64,000 nucleotides of DNA from Chiloscyllium plagiosum (taxonomy: Eukaryota): the NCBI RefSeq assembly GCF_004010195.1, contig NC_057718.1:24004605-24068604 (forward strand), given 5' to 3'. The notes beneath the pieces are model-generated. The model had not been told where the DNA came from. It made no database searches and worked only from the letters and a program-made list of their open reading frames with translations. This document shows, in pieces, positions 49,466 to 62,725 of the stretch. The translations under genes were made by a program, and so were the position numbers. Each line of letters starts with the position of its first letter. Position 1 is the first letter of the stretch.

Positions 49466-52171
49466 CCTTAATTTCTGGACACTAAATTTTGAGAGAAATC
49501 CCAAGGGAACAGCTTTCAAATTTCAAGTGAAGATTTGTGATAGCTCCAGAGGCCTGGTGAGACACGTGAATCATTCTCTATATAACCTGGAATGCCTAAA
49601 AATTCAGCCTCTTTGAAATGCTGCATATTGAACCTTAGCTATGATGTATTAAGCACAACACTAATGAGATGGTGAGTGTGTAAAATGAATTTTTTAAAAT
49701 GAAAAACTTGATTCCATTTAACTATTGGGAATGTAAGCTTGTTGTGCTTATTCTTTTTTGAGATTTAGTTTTGCACTAAGCATGTTACAAAACAAAACGC
49801 GGATGCATTTTCCACAATCCTGCGTGTTAGCCTTTGTAAGAACCGTGAGGACATTAGTCTCAGTCTTATAAAAAGTTCTGGGATTTGGCATTGGAAGAAG
49901 TCTGCGATTTTTTTTTTTTGTTCTCTCTGCTTTTAGGGTGTTGTTGATTTTGGACCTGTGATGCAGTCTGCCACGTTGTCAATGCAGCTGAACATATTTC
50001 TAGTATTTCTGTGCTGCAATGCAAAGACCCGAACATCTTTCAAACCTTTCGACCCCTGCTGCATCCGTCCACAAGGTGCAAAGTGCAGTGGCCAAATTGC
50101 AAAGAAACTTGATTCTGATTATGAGCTGCTGCTACCCTCCCTCAGCAGATGAATTAGTCTTGCTTCCAAGTGCTGTTTAACATGGGGAATCACTAGGGTA
50201 GCATGGTCACAGAATGTACTAGTTTTTGTTCTGGGGAACTTCAATGTCTGTCAACAATGTTTTGTTGATTTCTCCCAGTTCTGAGGAACATGTCATTTTC
50301 TTCTTTCATAGACATGGTTGTTACTGACATGGCCAGCATTTCTTGCACTTCTCTGATTACCCTTAAAGTGAATTGCTCGCTAAGCCGCCTCCATAGGACA
50401 ATGAAGAGCCAATTACAGTTTGGGTCTGCAGTCACATTTAGGATTAAACCAGTTAAAGACAGCAGATTTGCTTTCCTAAAAGATGTGATTATGCCAAAGG
50501 TTTTTGGACCAATTGATCATGGTCGACGTGTTCAACATGATTTTAGACTACCTTTTAGTGTTCCAGATTTATTACTAATTGTTGTGACAGGATTTGAACC
50601 CATGTTTCACATTATCCATCAGGGTCCTCTAGTTTAATAAGTCCAGTAACATTGCCACCACTCCACTCTATCCCTCGCATTTCTGCCAGACTGCCACCAC
50701 AAAAACTAGGAAAAATCCACCTTTGTTTTCATCGATCTACCTGTCATTGTTGCATTTGTCTGTGATCGTATTGAGAGAAGCAGCCATCTCACAGAACCTT
50801 ACCTCCATGAAAACTTTATCTTCCTGCTGCAGCCATCCTCCATTGTGCTGCATGACTGTACAATTGAGCTAACATACATTATGGACATTTAAGACATTTA
50901 AGGCACAATAATGATAGTAAAATGTAGGGTATGTCGGTTAGTTTGATTTTTCAAGTGGTTTTCACCATGGAGTTTTGATCCATCAGTTGATGATGGATGG
51001 TAGGTGGTACTCATCTTGAGCTTTTCTCACTTATGCATAATCTGATGCTTTCAGATTTGATTGACTCCAAACTCAATGTTGAAGACTCCTGGACTATCCT
51101 AGTGTGCCATCACCTCTAGTGGAGCTGTCCAGTTGATGGAGACATTCACCAAATGCCCTTCCGTCACCATCCTGAGGGGGTGACTATTCACCAGAAACTT
51201 TACTGGATCAGCTGCATAACTGCTGTAGAAGCAAGTCAGGCTGGGTATTCATTAATAAATATCTTCCTGATTTCCCAAAGTGTCTCCATCACCTGATTCA
51301 GCTGTACAGTGGAATACTCCCCACTTCTCCAGATAAGAACAATTCCAACAATGTTCAAGAAGCTTGACATCACCCAGGGCAACACAATCCATTGATTGGC
51401 ACCCCATCTTCTCCCATTATTGCAGTAGCAATACATCGCATCTCCAAAAAGCTGCTTGAACAGCACATTCCTTTTTGAGTCATGCATGGGGTGTCACTGG
51501 CTGGCCAGCCACTTATTGCCAGTCTCTAGTTGTCCCTGAGAAGGTGGTGATGAGCTGTCTTAGGAACTGCAGCAGTTCAGAAGTAGGTAGACTTTCAATG
51601 CCCTAGAGGAAGGAGTTCCAGGATTTTGACTACTCTTCTGCTAAGGAGAGAGAGAGAGGAGCAAGTGTTTGGGCATGCAAAATCACCATCGGCCTAACCT
51701 TCCAAAGCCTTGCACCTGTCGTGTCATTCTCATTATTATTAAGGAGTGTTACTGGGAGGCAGAATCTTCCTAAATGCACCTGTGATTGCAAATTCTTTTT
51801 TTGTGCTGTATGATTTAGTTCAGAGTTCCTGTCTGCATTCCCACCTCATATGCGTCTCACCCTGGAATGTGCTACAATATCAGATGTCAGTAAATGTGTA
51901 GAGGAGATAAGGTGGGAGTGCCTTTTTGCTAGTGTTAAGTGTTGCAATTGTTGAAGTTAAATATTTGGAGCACACGTTGATATATTCAAAATTCTGGAGA
52001 GAGGTGCTTGTAACAGTCACTTGAAGAGAGATTCTACTTTGAAATTAACTGGCCATAATGCACACTGAAAATCGAATGTGCTTGTTGCCAAGTGATAATT
52101 ACAAGTAGTTGCATTGAACTATGAGGTTTTGCTGCCCTCTACTGGTACACCAAGGGACCCTTTTTGAACAT

Positions 52172-52345
52172 TGGAGATAGTGAGGACTGCAGATGCTGGA
52201 AAGTCAGTTGGTAAAGTGTGGAAAAAGCAGAGCAGGTCAGGCAGCATCGGCAGAGTAGGAGAGTCCATGTTTCAGGCAGGACGCTTCACTGCTGTCCTGA
52301 TGCTGGGTCCTGCCTGAAACTTCGACTGCTGTGCTTTTTCCCTTT
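52172..52345. mobile_element. Degenerate palindromic PLE pLTR pair
   Basis: gtttcaggcaggac ... gtcctgcctgaaac inverted centre; gtgaggactgcagatgctgga end. Confidence 0.65.
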
Positions 52346-53077
52346 GCAGCTCCACACCCTTTTTTTTTGCAAGTACATTTTTTTTTAAGACCTGTCAAAT
52401 TCGATATGTGTGTGTAGCTGTCATTTCAGTTAAGAAGCTAGTGGGAATGTATATGCTGAATGTTATTGAAGCACCTAACAAAGTTGAGAGAAAAAAAAGT
52501 GTTGAATTTAAGAAAACTGCTGGTCTCTGGTGTGCAGCAACAGCTTCAATTACAATTCCTTTACCGCAATAAAATGTCCCAAAGCACATTGCAGAGCCGT
52601 AGTAGAACAAAACAACACTGAGCTGCATCAGGAGCTATTGCAGCAGAAGACTAAAGCTTTGATCAAAGTTATCAGCTTTAAAGAGAGCCGTAAAAATGGA
52701 CAAAAGTGGCACATGGAGTCTATTCCAGAGCTTGGAGACTTGGCAGGTAGAGACATGGCCATCCATGGGGGAGCAGTTAAAATTGGGGGTGCTGAAAATG
52801 CCCAAGTAATGTGTATCTCTTCAGAGTTTAGTTGGAGGGTGGGAGGAGAGGCCTCTTGAATCCTCATTCAGATATTAAGTGGTTATTTTTGAGAAGGTGA
52901 CAGCCCTTCCTGTCCCTAGTTCAGACCTTCTGCTTTTTTGGTGATGAGATGAGTGGATTTAAGATTGCGCGAAACAGTCATTTGGTGAGTTAATATTCAC
53001 TTTCCCTAGGTTTTTATTGAAGTAAAATGACTACAGAAACAAAAACCAAAACAGCAGGTCTGGCAGCATCTGTGGAG

Positions 53078-53282
53078 CTGAAAATGTGTTGCTGGAAAAG
53101 CTCAGCAGATCAGGCAGCATCTAAGGAGCAGGAGAATCGACGTTTCGGGCATGAGCCCGAAGAATGGCTCATGCCCGAAACGTCGATTCTCCTGCTCCTT
53201 GGATGCTGCCTGACCTGCTGCGCTTTTCCAGCAACACATTTTCAGCTCTGATCTCCAGCATCTGCAGTCCTCACTTTCTTCT
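53078..53282. mobile_element. Young palindromic PLE pLTR pair inserted into another pLTR-type element (~53035-53342)
   Basis: Arms ~53075-53157 and ~53167-53248 are near-perfect reverse complements. TSD AGCATCTGTGGAG (53065-53077) / AGTATCTGTGGAG (53283-53295). Confidence 0.88.
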
Positions 53283-53730
53283 AGTATCTGTGGAGACAAA
53301 GCAGAGTTAACATTTCAGGTCAGTGACCCTCTTTCAGAACTGTAGTTTTTCTTAGTGGAGTTGGTTGTCCAAGTGGTCTTCAAAAATCACACTTTTACTT
53401 CCATGTTAGGTGAGAGTGATTGGATCAGGCATTCCACACACGCCAATGAGCAAGGAATGGTCCCAGAGACTCTCTTGCTGGTGTAGAATTGTCATGAAGG
53501 AAACTGCACAAGGATAAGTGCAGAGTTCTATATTTTTAGTCACACCGTTCCTCCCCATGAACTTGTGCTGATCTCTGCCTCAAATAAATTTGCAGCCAAA
53601 AATAATTATACTTGGTATCCATCATTGTAGTTTCCTTTCAGAACCTTGTTCTGAAAAATGGTATGTGATTTTACTTAAGTGGCTATTTTGTCAGTTAATA
53701 TCTTGCATTTGCCAGAAGTTTGTAAATAAG

Positions 53731-54020
53731 GACGGCACAGTGGCTAGCACTGCTGCCTCACAGCCCCAGGGACCCGGATTCAATTCCCGCCTCGGGCAAC
53801 TGTCTGTACAGTTTGTGCATTCTCCCCGTGTTTGCATGGGTTTTCTCCGGGTGTTCTAGTTTCCTCCCAAAATCCAAAGATGTGCAGGTTAGGTGACTTG
53901 GCCTTGCTAAATTGCCCGTAATGTTAGGTGAATTAGTAGGGCAAGGGGTTTGGGTGGATTGCTCTTTGGAGGGTCGGTGTGGACTTGTTGGGCCGAAGGG
54001 CCTGTTTCCGCACTGTAGGC
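53731..54020 (+). mobile_element. HE1-type V-SINE
   Basis: tRNA head, V domain, ggacttgttgggccgaagggcctgtttcc 3' part. Confidence 0.85.
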
Positions 54021-54065
54021 AATGGAACGGAATCAAAGGCAGGGACACTTCCTGATGAAATAAAT

Positions 54066-54275
54066 TACTCAGTTCTGCTATAACGCAGTAGTTCTATTCT
54101 CGTGCAATCCCATCTTATAAGATGAAAATCCTGCAATAGCAGTGCCATTTAAACTAATGAGGTTGGAATCTCATTATAAGCAACACACTTTGCACTTTAG
54201 AAAGTGTCCCCAATTTGTCAATTGTTACAGCGAATTCATATTAATGCAACGGGTGTTATAGCAGAAGACCTTGTA
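54066..54275. mobile_element. Small MITE, probably Tc1/mariner (pogo/Tigger-like)
   Basis: Inverted repeat TTCTGCTATAAC (54073-54084) / GTTATAGCAGAA (54255-54266), right end tgTA; superfamily assignment is inference. Confidence 0.6.
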
Positions 54276-54877
54276 TGTGATGGAGAAATTTGGGAAAATA
54301 GAGGCAGGAATGTCCTTTCTTTTTAAAACAGGGAAACGTTAACATTGATTCAAAGCAATTTTGACTGCGCATATTACAGCAACCACTTTGAAGACCATTT
54401 TCATCAAAATCAGCATCATTAAGATTATTCACCAATAACATAATTAGAATCAAGAAATTACAGGAATTGGATTAGCAGCCTGTGCGAAAATACCAATGTC
54501 AGTTTTCAATACTTAGATGTAATTTAATTTGCAGTTAATGACCTTGAAGTATTTACTTGCCATTCCAGATTGTATCTATTTTTCCAGCCCCTCTTATTGT
54601 AGTGACTCTGTTGCTTTATGGGGTAATTTGTACATGTTTACTTGTGTTTCAAAAGTTTGGAGCCTTTTGGCTTCACTCTCCATTATCCCAGATTATACAG
54701 ACATAAGGTACCTGTTCCATGCCTCCTGCATTGAATTATTTTCCTTGCCATTTCCCCAGACTGATTCTGTAGTGGATCAACACTATTAGCTGTTCATTCC
54801 TGTTTTTAAGTACTTTACAGAGAATCTTATGTATTTGTTTTGTATTTCCAGTTAGCCGCCTTTCATACTGCACTTGC

Positions 54878-55985
54878 TAGAACATAGAACATTAGAGCGC
54901 AGTACAGGCTCTTCGGCCCTCGATGTTGTGCCGACCTGTCNNNNNNNNNNNNNNNNNNNNNNNNNNNNNNNNNNNNNNNNNNNNNNNNNNNNNNNNNNNN
55001 NNNNNNNNNNNNNNNNNNNNNNNNNNNNNNNNNNNNNNNNNNNNNNNNNNNNNNNNNNNNNNNNNNNNNNNNNNNNNNNNNNNNNNNNNNNNNNNNNNNN
55101 NNNNNNNNNNNNNNNNNNNNNNNNNNNNNNNNNNNNNNNNNNNNNNNNNNNNNNNNNNNNNNNNNNNNNNNNNNNNNNNNNNNNNNNNNNNNNNNNNNNN
55201 NNNNNNNNNNNNNNNNNNNNNNNNNNNNNNNNNNNNNNNNNNNNNNNNNNNNNNNNNNNNNNNNNNNNNNNNNNNNNNNNNNNNNNNNNNNNNNNNNNNN
55301 NNNNNNNNNNNNNNNNNNNNNNNNNNNNNNNNNNNNNNNNNNNNNNNNNNNNNNNNNNNNNTCTCCTTTCCTGTTTCTAACCTTAGCTCATACTACCTCA
55401 GTTGACGAGTCCCCAAACATCCTTTCTGAAACTGTAATACTGTCCTTGACCAACAATGCCACACCTCCCCCTCTTTTACCATCTTCTCTCTTCTTACTGA
55501 AACATCTAAATCCTGGAACCTGCAACAACCATTCCTGTCCCTGCTCTATCCATGTCTCCGAAATGGCCACAACATCGAAGTCCCAGGTACCAACCCATGC
55601 TGCAAGTTCACCCACCATATTCTGGATTCTCCTGGCGTTGAAGTAGACATACTTCAAACCAACTTCTTGCTTGCCGGTGCCATCTTGCGTTCCTGAAACT
55701 TGATTTCGGACCTCCCTACTCTCAACTTTTTCTGTACTCGAACTACAATTTTGGTTCCCATCCCCCTGCTGGATTAGTTTAAACCCACCCCAATAGCCAT
55801 AGCGAATTTCCCCCCCCCCAGGATATTGGTACCCCTCGGTTCAGATGAAGACCATCCTGCTTGTAGAGGTCCCACCTACCCCAGAAAGAGCCCCAATTAT
55901 CCAAGAATCCAAAATCCTCCCTCCTGCACCATCCCTGTAGCCCCATGTTCAACTCTCTGTCCCTATTCCTTGCCTCACTAGCATG
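54878..55985 (-). mobile_element. CR1-clade LINE pieces (ORF1 end and endonuclease right of N gap 54941-55361; 3' tail left of it)
   Basis: Minus frame YFNARRIQNMVGELAAWVGTWDFDVVAISETW...RGGGVALLV; agaacatagaaca tail. Confidence 0.85.
54941..55361. other. Assembly gap (others at 3717-3945, 30653-30780, 57057-57157)
   Basis: Runs of N; all four lie inside young retroelements. Confidence 1.
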
Positions 55986-56636
55986 TGCTGTATTTTTTTT
56001 TAAACCATTCTTTGATTGTTCTTAAAACCTGACCAATTTCCTGTGCTACTGCTAATTATTGCAGATTTTTATGGTATCTTCAACTCGCTAGTATTGCTTA
56101 ATCATTTAGCAACAAACGATGAATGCTTTTTTGTATTTTTTTTCGACTGGGGTAAATCCTTGTTGTGCTATTTATATTTCCTTCGGTCTGCTACTGCATT
56201 TTTTACTGTCCAACCTTTTTTAATGTTGTTTGCTAGCTCTGCAGTCATCCTGGTTTTAAAACATAATTGTCTCCAGCTTTAAAATGCTAGTCTTGGATCC
56301 ACACTTCTCCTCAAACTGATCACAAAATTGCCTCATGTTATGATGGCTGCCATTGCTGGTTGCCAGGTCTGGGGTACCCTGCTCCCTAGTTTGTTTGTAG
56401 AACTTGCTTCTCTAAGAAATGTTCCGGGGGTGGTGGGGGGGGGGGGGGGGGAGAATGGTCTAATTTCCAGGCTACCTCTGCAAATCTGATTGATCAATCT
56501 ACATCTATGAGAGATGTACATCTACATCATTGTGGTCTTATTTTTAAATGCCCTTTTTATTTCTTCCTGTACATTTTCTGGCCTACGATATAACTGCTGT
56601 TATGTGATCTGTGACCTGGCTTCCACCCACACTGAT

Positions 56637-57344
56637 TTCCCTCCCCTCCCCTATCAGCATTCCGTAAAGACCACTCCCTCTGTGACTCCCTCGTCAGATC
56701 CACACATCCCCACCAACCCAACCTCCACTCCCGGCACCTTCCCCTGCAACCGCAGGAGGTGCAAGACTTGCGCCCACACCTCCCCCCTCACCTCCCTCCA
56801 AGGCCCCAAAGGAAACTTCCATATCCGCCACAGATTCACCTGCACCTCCACACACATCATCTATTGCATCCTCTGCACCCGATGTGGCCCCCTCTATATT
56901 GGGGAGACAGGCCGCCTACTTGCAGAGCGTTTCAGAGAACACCTCTGGGACACCAGGACCAACCAACCCAACCACCCTGTGGCCCAACACTTCAACTCCC
57001 CCTCCCACTCCACCAACGATATGCAGGTCTTTGGACTCCTCCACCGTCAGACCACANNNNNNNNNNNNNNNNNNNNNNNNNNNNNNNNNNNNNNNNNNNN
57101 NNNNNNNNNNNNNNNNNNNNNNNNNNNNNNNNNNNNNNNNNNNNNNNNNNNNNNNNNAGCAGGTCAGGCAGCACCCAGGGAACAGGAGAATCGACGTTTT
57201 GGACAAACTTTCCTCATTCCTGAAGAAGGGCTTATGCCCGAAACATCGATTCTCCTGTTCCCTGGATGCTGCCTGCCCTGCTGCGCTTTTCCAGCAACAC
57301 ATTTTCAGCTCTGATCTCCAGCATCTGCAGACCTCACTTTCTCC
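56637..57344 (+). mobile_element. Young 5'-truncated PLE: GIY-YIG endonuclease region plus inverted pLTR pair
   Basis: PCNRRRCKTC...FTCTSTHIIYCILCTRCGPLYIGETGRLLAERFREH; hammerhead motif CUGAAGA A GGGC UUAU GCCC GAAA CAUC at 57220-57248; N gap 57057-57157. Confidence 0.92.
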
Positions 57345-57817
57345 TCATACTATTCAATACACTTACCCTGGCTTTGATCAACTCAAGTGGTTACCTGATC
57401 ATAAATATTTCTTTGTGCAAATAGTTTATTCATTTTTATTACATCTCCTGCCTGTATTGAAATACAGAGCCTTTTAATTCAGAATTTCTACTGATTTTAC
57501 TGTCTTTGGCCTTGTTTGTTGGTGTGCTGCTAAGTTTGAATACGTATTACACCCCTGTTTTCACTATCCAGGTTGCTATCTTTGCTTTGCTGTTTCCCTT
57601 TTGACTTGCCATATTTTCACTCATTTGCACAGCATCTCTCTCTTCCCACTCACCATGCCAGAGGGATCCTCCTGACCCTCTGCAAGTTTCTCTCCATCCT
57701 GGAATAAATTTTCTGAACCCTGGCACTGTGGGTGGGCAACAAAGCTCTGAATTCATGCCCTGAGTTATAGCGAACTGGCTCTGTCATCCTGACAAATGTC
57801 ATCTCCTATTTTTATGG

Positions 57818-58040
57818 TGTGGAGGTGCCAGTGTTGGACTGAGGTGGATAAGGTCAGAAGTCACATGGCACTAGGGTTATAGTACAACAGGTTTATTTGT
57901 AATTTCCAAGCTTTCAGAGCGCTGCTCCTTCATCAGATGGAGTCAGCCTCCCCTGGCAAAGGAGCAGTGACCTGAGAGCCTGTAATTTCAACTAAATCAT
58001 TTGGACTATAACCAGTGTTGTGACTTCTGGCTTTGCCCTA
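57818..58040. mobile_element. Older palindromic PLE pLTR pair
   Basis: cagaagtcaca...ggttatagtacaa / ttggactataacc...tgtgacttctg arms; minus strand retains CUGAUGA AGGAGCAGCGCUCU GAAA. Confidence 0.75.
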
Positions 58041-59025
58041 TTTTCAAAACATTCCCATTTATTTTACTCATTGAACCTGAGTTCAGTCTGACAACAGTGC
58101 CATTGTTAGATTGTTGATCAACCTCACACCTCTGCCCAATCTTACAAGCTGCAGGAACCTGCAACCTGTTAGACAATGACTAAGTCTGAGACACCACCAT
58201 CCCCACTTTCTTGGTCCTTTACCTTGCCTCACAGGGAGACAGCTGAACCTCAGGCTAATCAGCATAAGGCATGAGTTTCAACCCTACCATGGCAGACGGC
58301 AAATTTGATTTAAAAACTGGTTTATTGATGACCGTGTAACAACTATCGAATTGACATCTAAAAATCCACCGGGTTAAATCATGTTTTTGGGAAGGAAGTC
58401 TGCCTCCTTTACCTGGTATGCCCTCTGTGTGACTTGAGGCAATGTGGTTGACTCTTAACTATCCCATGAGCAATTAGGATAGACAATAAATGTCAATAAT
58501 CAACATCCACATCCCATGAATGGATTTTTGAAAGAACACCATTCCCTTCCACTGACCAAATCAGTTGACCCTTTAAGGCATGTGAATATCTTTGGAACAG
58601 TGTCCAGCTAACCATCTTACCCCTAATTCGTTGCAACGTTGATCATTCAACTTCCAGTTCATTGAATCAGAGCTGGAGCTTCTTGAGCCTTAGAATCAAG
58701 CAAGCGGTTGCCCTGAATTACAATAGTGACCACCAGCTCCCACATACAGCAGTCACAACACATCACCTGTCCTGCCATCTTTTTATTGTGGTTACTTTAT
58801 TTTTGTCTAATTTATTAATTATGAAACCTGTTTCTCCCAATAAGCTTTAGTATTGCTTATGAGACTTTACAAATGTTTATGAATTATTTCAACTGCTCAT
58901 AAATGGTATTTTTAAAAGATTTAAACAAGCAAAATGTTCATCTATCAATCAATAACCTGTTTCTCATTCTTTTCTCTTTCACCCTCCATACTGGTCTCTA
59001 GGTGGCTATCCACAAAGGTTCAGAG

Positions 59026-59219
59026 CAGACCTTCCCAAAGTGGGGGTGGGTGGGATCCACATGGGGTCATGAGACTTGTGGCAGTAATGGCTGCCGTGTA
59101 GCCCGGGCCAAGTTACAACTGGCTGTGCTGCCATTTTAACAGAGTTCTCACTGGCCAGTTGTGAGAATTTTCGAGCTTTGAAATGAGGTGAGTGTGAGGA
59201 AAATGTTTGAAGAGCACTG
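59026..59219. mobile_element. Possible hAT-like MITE remnant
   Basis: cagaccttcccaaa ... tttgaagagcactg imperfect terminal inverted repeats; no clear TSD. Confidence 0.3.
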
Positions 59220-62200
59220 ATGTTGGGATATCAGCCATGCAGACTTCCTCTTTGCTGATTGGTGCATAGTCAAATAGGATCTCCAGGTGTTCAGCAGCAG
59301 GATAAGTAACTAATTGAAGTAATTTCTACAGCAACCCAAAAGGTAGAAAGTCTGATTAGTCTCAATTTATATTTTCCAACAATGACCTAGCTGATTAGGC
59401 AATATGAACATGCAAAAGACATTTTGTAAAAATCGTTAATTTGAATTTTATTAAATGGAGGAATTTTGACTTTCCATTGTTATCAAATTGGATTTTCAGG
59501 GTGAGTGAGGTTGTTTAGAAGTAAGTATAAACTGGGTGGTTGGATTTCTTTTTTTTTAAAAAGTGTTTACATAAATCAGTGAGTTTTGTGCAGAGCTGCT
59601 CCCACTTGTTAGGGTGGTTGATGCTGCACTGGGGCAACACATCATAAGTGCAGCAGCTGAACTATGCAAAGCCTATTTGCATCTCATTCAGCGAGTCATT
59701 TTTAAGGGTTTCAAAGCAAGCCTGGCAGTGTGTAAGCTGTTGTCAAGCACTGATTTGTGTATTCGTTGCAGCCTGAAGGAGGCGATTAAACAGCCAGTAC
59801 TCGAGAGGGGCAGAGAATCATTGGCAAATGCTGCATTTATCTGCACATTATTGTTAGACCCCCAAAGCTGCTGGCAAGTTGAGTGGAATAATGGCGCAGA
59901 GTTCTGGCAGTTTCGCTGCCATTACCATTGCAAAATCCTGACCATAAATGAACTAGAGACAAAATGTATTTTTTTAATGTAACAACTTATGGTCTGGATT
60001 GCCACTGCTTGTAAGGGTAGTGGAAGCAAGTGTAATACTTTGTAAAAGGGATTGGATATCTACTTAAAGGTAAAGTTACAGGGCATAGGGAAAAGATCAG
60101 AGTGGGACTAATGCTGTAGGTGTCTTAAAGAGTGCATGCAGGCTTGATGTGTCAAGTGGCTGTCTCCTATAGTTTCACTTTAATATTCTGTATATGTGTA
60201 TGTGCAGAACATTGAAATCCTTTTCCCACTTGCATCACATTCATTTAATAAAATGGACACTTTTAGATTAGCGGTCCTGCATACTTAGCTAGACATCTTG
60301 CTCACCTTCCTTTATAAGGCTATGCGTTGAGGGATAGGAGTTATGCTGTACATTATTCTCTTATGAAAGATGTCACAAATCATGCACACCCATGGTTCGT
60401 GGTGCTTCAGCCTTATAGAGGAAACCTTCAGTCAGATTTAAAGTGACATTAAACACCAAAAGAGGGAGCCAGAGTAAGGCAGACAAACAACTGGTATGTG
60501 GTTTGAAAGTTCTGTTCCAGGACCAGTGTAATTTAGAAATGAATTATCTTTTTTTTTAAAGTAGTCTGACTTCTATGCAACTCTGAAGGGATATCATATT
60601 GCATTTATGTAAGATCAATGTTTACTGGCACAAATGGCTCCAAATGAAATCCATTTGGATCCCTGTATACAACCACATCAATGGGATTTTGCAAAGTTGA
60701 TGCAGATTTTTTTTGATATACATGCCATTGGAGTGTGTCCAAAAGGTTCCTGCTTTGATGAGTTCTTACTGAGTAAAGAAAATGGCAATATTGGCTGGGG
60801 ATATTTGCCACCCGAGTCTTGAATATATCAGATTGTTCATCCAGTTAACTAAAGTGAAGTTCTTTATGCCTCTTTCCTATCTGAAATTTTCACAAATGCA
60901 GAACAATGATTCCCTGGTTAGGTCCTTGTCCAGTTACCAGCGTGTGCTATAGTTAGGAATTGTACATTTGAAGGAGTCTTTTTTTTCTGGATTGATACTT
61001 AGATTTCCTTTCATGTTATTTATTTAAAAAAAAACTGTCTTTCAAATGCTACAATAAAATCAAATACCATTTTTCAGTATTTTAAAAATAGTCAGTAAGG
61101 AGGGGCATTGCATGCCTTTATCCAAGAATTTTGTTGTTCTTGTGTCCTTTACAACCCCTTGAGGGGATGCTGTTAGGTTGGTGGCTTCACCAAGCAATAT
61201 CCAGATGTTGGCCTGAGACCAGTGTCTCCAGCAAAATGCCAGCTTCAGGTTAAAGATCTGCTTTTTGACTTCTCGTACCACTTTTCAGAAAAAAGGATGA
61301 CTTTTTCTTTTGTTTGAAATGGAGTCTTTTGGTAAAAAAAGGAAACTGAGTTATAGCGTGACGATAAAATAATACATTCTTACATCTGCCAGCCAAAGTG
61401 AAGACAGATTTTATTGCATTTGTAACAATACACCAGGGGTCCTTACACTGAACCTGTGCCACTACATTCATTCCTGATTCTCTTTGAAGATTGTGATGCT
61501 TAATCATTATGGCTTAATACTTTAGGGGAATCTTGGTTTCTCGAAGAGGAGCCAAATCTTTCACCCAGGAGTCTAGACTCTTGACTTTTCCCCTTGCTCT
61601 GTAATTTAATAGCACTCTTTGGTATGCTAAGTACATGGAATATTTGTAGTGCAGAGCTGAGTTAAAAGCCATTGTTTCTGCTCTGACATTTCATGAAAGA
61701 GAAAGTGTTATATAACACCTTGGATTACTGCCTGACACATGATTGGCCAAACTGACTGCAATGATTGATTTGTACGTTACACTGTCCGCATATGTAGTAT
61801 AATGACTGAAGGGAAATAGAAGCAGGCTATTGGATGACTTGAAAAAATTGAGACTCTGTCTGTCAAAGATAATCCACATCACTAAACTACAGAAAAAAAT
61901 GAGGTCCAGTGGAAAGGTATGTGTGGTGTGCATGAGGTCCTGAAAGCCATCAGATGTTTAGCTGCGAAAGATCCTTCTGAGTGAATCTAAATGCTTTTCC
62001 CATGGATTTGAGAATTGGCTTTTGGTACACCTGGTCATGCGCAACTTGATCTCCATACCAAGAAACACAGGCAAAAGTGGAAGAATTAAATGTGGATATG
62101 AGCAGGGAGCCACCGCTTTGGTCCGTGATCTCAATCCACATCGAGTTTAAATCAAAAACCTTAGTTAGCAGAAGTTATTTATCTGCTCTAGAGTGGAAAG

Positions 62201-62229
62201 ACATAGTGTGATTCAATGGTGTACTCAGA

Positions 62230-62725
62230 AACTAAGGAAATAACAGGATTCGGCCATTTGGTCCTTCAAGCCTGTTCTGCTAATCGATGCAATGGTGGTT
62301 TATTCGTCCAATTCAGAACTCTGTTCCCACTTTCTCCCCACACTCTTTTTGATCCAGTTAGCCCTAAGGACTATATGTAACTGCTTCTTGAAAATATTCA
62401 GTGCCTTAGCTTTAACTCCTTTCTGTGGCAGAAAATTCCAAAGACTCTCCATGACTTGGGTGAAAAGATTTCTCCTCTTAGTCCTAAATTATCTTTTAAA
62501 TAGACATACAAACCACCCTTCCTCTTCCTTCTCCCCTCATTCTTCCAAACTCTAGAGTATGTAGTTCTAACTAATCCAGCTCTCTTCACATGTCAGTTCT
62601 GTCATCTCCGGTATCAGCCTGGTAAATCTTTGTTACAGTCCCTCTATAGGTAGAACATTCTTCCTCCGTGAACAATTGCGCCGATATCGTCTCATCAAGA
62701 CTCTGAATAATTGCAGCAAGGCCCT
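62230..62725 (-). mobile_element. Old LINE 3' fragment
   Basis: ggccatttggtccttcaagcctgttctgc tail and ttctgtggcagaaaattccaaagactc motif, as at 43645 and 47605. Confidence 0.6.

Noticed and set aside
56425..56452. G-run, possible G-quadruplex
   Set aside because: Simple homopolymer, unreliable in assemblies and without supporting context.
59614..59982. 122 aa ORF in a repeat-poor region, considered as the next FMN2 exon
   Set aside because: No FMN2-like coiled-coil or poly-proline FH1 sequence and no good acceptor; the large FH1 exon probably lies beyond the window.
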